This document shows positions 61,762-64,000 of a stretch of 64,000 nt of DNA, piece by piece. The translations under genes were made by a program, and so were the position numbers. Source of the DNA: Podarcis pityusensis (Eukaryota); NCBI GenBank assembly GCA_964106645.2, contig OZ067043.1; one strand, written 5' to 3'. Position 1 is the first letter of the stretch. Each line of letters starts with the position of its first letter. The notes under the pieces are model-generated. The model did no database searches. It was given only the letters and a program-made list of their open reading frames with translations, and was not told the origin of the DNA.

Positions 61762-64000
61762 CCAGATAGTTCAGGATGTCTCTGCAACTGTTAAGCTGGA
61801 ATATTAATGGTTGTAACATTCCGGAAAAAAGGAAGAAAATATTTCATATATTAAAAAAAGAACAATTGGACATTATTTGTTTACAAGAAACACATGTGAC
61901 GAGGCTCCACAGAAAAGTGTTAATAAATAAAAGATTGGGTCAGGAATTTGTATCTTCGGACAAAGTTAAGAAGAGAGGCGTGGTGATATATGCAAAAGAG
62001 AGCCTGTCACCTAAATTCCTGTTTAAAGATGAACATGGAAGAATTTTGGCTATTGAGATACAATATCAAGGAGAGAAACTGCTGATATTAGGAATTTATG
62101 CACCTAATGAAGGGAAATCGGAATTTTACAAGAAGCTGCAGGAGACAATGCTGGACTATCTAGACTACAACAACATCATAATGATGGGAGATATGAATGG
62201 GGTCGTATCAACTAACATGGACAAGTCACAAAGTCAAAATGTTACAAAAGACGGCAGACTACCTAAAACCTTTTTTGAAATGATTGACAATATGGATTTG
62301 ATTGACATTTGGAGGACAAAGAACCCACTAGGAAGAGAGGGAACATTCTTTTCTGAAGCCCAACTGACCTGGACAAGAATCGACCAAATATGGATTTCTA
62401 GAGGCCTGGCGCCTAAGGTCAGAAAAGTGGAAATCTGCCCAAAGACCTGCTCCGACCATAATGCAGTAAAGATGGATATGACACTATTACCAACTGGATC
62501 CTTCAGATGGAAGATGAATGACAATTTGTTTAGAGATCAGGAAATTACCAAGAAGGCCCAAAAAGTTTTGAAGGACTATTTTGAGATAAACATGAATAAT
62601 ATGGTGGAAAAAAGAATAATCTGGGACGCAAGCAAAGCTGTAATGAGGGGATTCTTGATACAACAGAATGCAGTGAAGAAAAGAACACAAAATGAGAAAA
62701 AAGATAAGATTTTGGATAAAATAAAAGAATTAGAGAAGAAATTAAGAGTGAATTCGAAGTCACAGCCAACTCTGAGAGAAATTAAACTTTATCAAACACA
62801 ATATTCTAAATTGATAAATCAGGAAATTGAATGGAAGGTTAAATTAATGAAACAAAAAACGTTTGAGTCGGCGAATAAATGTGGAAAACTGCTAGCTTGG
62901 CAGTTGAAGAGAAGACAAAGATTAAATACTGTTACAAACTTAGAGGTTGATGGAAAAAACATCCAGAATCCAGTGGACATTAGAAAGTGTTTCCAGAGAT
63001 ACTTCAAAAAACTATACACCCAAGGGCCACAAGATGAGGTTGAGATTAAACAATTTTTGGCAAAAAACGGACTATCTAAATTGTCACAAGAAAATAGGAC
63101 AACCCTGAATTCTAAAATAACACGACAGGAGATCGAACAAGCTATCCAGAACATGCAACTTGGCAAATCTCCAGGACCAGATGGGCTGACCTCCAAGTAC
63201 TATAAGACATTGAAAGACTATTTGATACAACCTTTGATGGAGGTCAGCAATGAAATTATGGAGGGGAGGAGGGCACCGGAGTCGTGGAAGGAAGCGTTTA
63301 TCACATTAATACCAAAGTCGGAAGCTGAAAAGACACAACTTAAGAACTACCGTCCCATCTCTCTTTTAAATGTGGATTACAAAATATTTGCAGACATTTT
63401 GGCAAATAGATTTAAGAAAGTTTTAAATGAAGTAATTCATAAGGACCAGGCTGGCTTTCTCCCAGGAAGACATCTGTTTGCTAATACAAGGAACATTATT
63501 GACATTTTGGAACTTTTGCAAACAGACATAAATACAAAAGCAGTTTTAATTTTTATAGATGCGGAGAAGGCCTTTGACAATATCTCCTGGAAATTTATGA
63601 TGGGAAATTTGAAAGAGATGGGAGTGGGACGGGGTTTTGAGAATGGGATTGAGGCGATATATTCAGAACAGAAAGCTAAACTGATAGTTAATAATGTGGT
63701 TACAGAAGAGTTTAAAATTGAAAAAGGGACACGACAAGGTTGCCCTATCTCCCCTTTGTTATTTATTTCGGTTCTGGAAGTGCTATTGAACATGATTAGA
63801 AGGGATCGGTTGGTGGAAGGAATTCAGGTCGGTCAGAAACAATATAAATTAAAAGCTTTCGCAGATGACCTGGTTTTGACCTTGCAGAAGCCAGAGCCCA
63901 GTACGAAAAGAGTATTACAATTGATTAATGACTTTGGTCGGGTGGCTGGATTTAAATTAAATAAACAGAAAACTAAGGTTTTGGGGAAAAACTTGACTAA
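61290..64000 (+). mobile_element. young L1/Tx1-type LINE, 5'-truncated in ORF1 (left edge approximate), continuing past the window
   Basis: ORF1 C-terminal half, a 14-nt spacer, then an uninterrupted ORF2. Confidence 0.92.
61776..64000 (+). CDS. LINE ORF2 (APE endonuclease + reverse transcriptase), partial and open to the window edge
   Basis: Endonuclease motifs SWNING, CLQETH, IYAPN, MGDMN, RIDQIW, SDHNAV. RT motifs KSPGPDG, NYRPISLLNVDYK, IDAEKAFD, GTRQGCPISP, FADD (63858-63869). Start, FADD and final codons share one frame. Confidence 0.93.
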   Translation, partial: MSLQLLSWNINGCNIPEKRKKIFHILKKEQLDIICLQETHVTRLHRKVLINKRLGQEFVSSDKVKKRGVVIYAKESLSPKFLFKDEHGRILAIEIQYQGEKLLILGIYAPNEGKSEFYKKLQETMLDYLDYNNIIMMGDMNGVVSTNMDKSQSQNVTKDGRLPKTFFEMIDNMDLIDIWRTKNPLGREGTFFSEAQLTWTRIDQIWISRGLAPKVRKVEICPKTCSDHNAVKMDMTLLPTGSFRWKMNDNLFRDQEITKKAQKVLKDYFEINMNNMVEKRIIWDASKAVMRGFLIQQNAVKKRTQNEKKDKILDKIKELEKKLRVNSKSQPTLREIKLYQTQYSKLINQEIEWKVKLMKQKTFESANKCGKLLAWQLKRRQRLNTVTNLEVDGKNIQNPVDIRKCFQRYFKKLYTQGPQDEVEIKQFLAKNGLSKLSQENRTTLNSKITRQEIEQAIQNMQLGKSPGPDGLTSKYYKTLKDYLIQPLMEVSNEIMEGRRAPESWKEAFITLIPKSEAEKTQLKNYRPISLLNVDYKIFADILANRFKKVLNEVIHKDQAGFLPGRHLFANTRNIIDILELLQTDINTKAVLIFIDAEKAFDNISWKFMMGNLKEMGVGRGFENGIEAIYSEQKAKLIVNNVVTEEFKIEKGTRQGCPISPLLFISVLEVLLNMIRRDRLVEGIQVGQKQYKLKAFADDLVLTLQKPEPSTKRVLQLINDFGRVAGFKLNKQKTKVLGKNLT

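Overview
Eukaryotic (vertebrate) genomic DNA with three assembly gaps (508-647, 35709-35873, 41823-41959). The repeat content (Sauria SINEs with ACCTTT tails, a CTT-tailed tRNA SINE, BovB, lizard-type L2/L1, many hAT and Tc1/mariner MITEs) points to a squamate, probably a lacertid lizard; this is an inference. The first 24 kb hold coding exons 2-9 and the ~2.9-kb 3' UTR of B4GALT5 on the + strand. Exon 1 lies upstream of the window, and intron 8 is a GC-AG intron. The remaining ~40 kb look intergenic and repeat-dense, with several nested insertions resolvable by target-site duplications (TSDs). They include two solo LTRs of one family, a tiny Ty1/Copia-like element with the half-tRNA-iMet primer site, candidate CTCF sites, and a young L1/Tx1-type LINE whose ORF2 is open for >=741 codons to the window edge. 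I found no evidence of a new protein-coding system. The notable observations concern mobile-element architecture, splicing and regulation. Boundaries marked approximate were read by eye, and family names come from recalled consensus features, not a database search.
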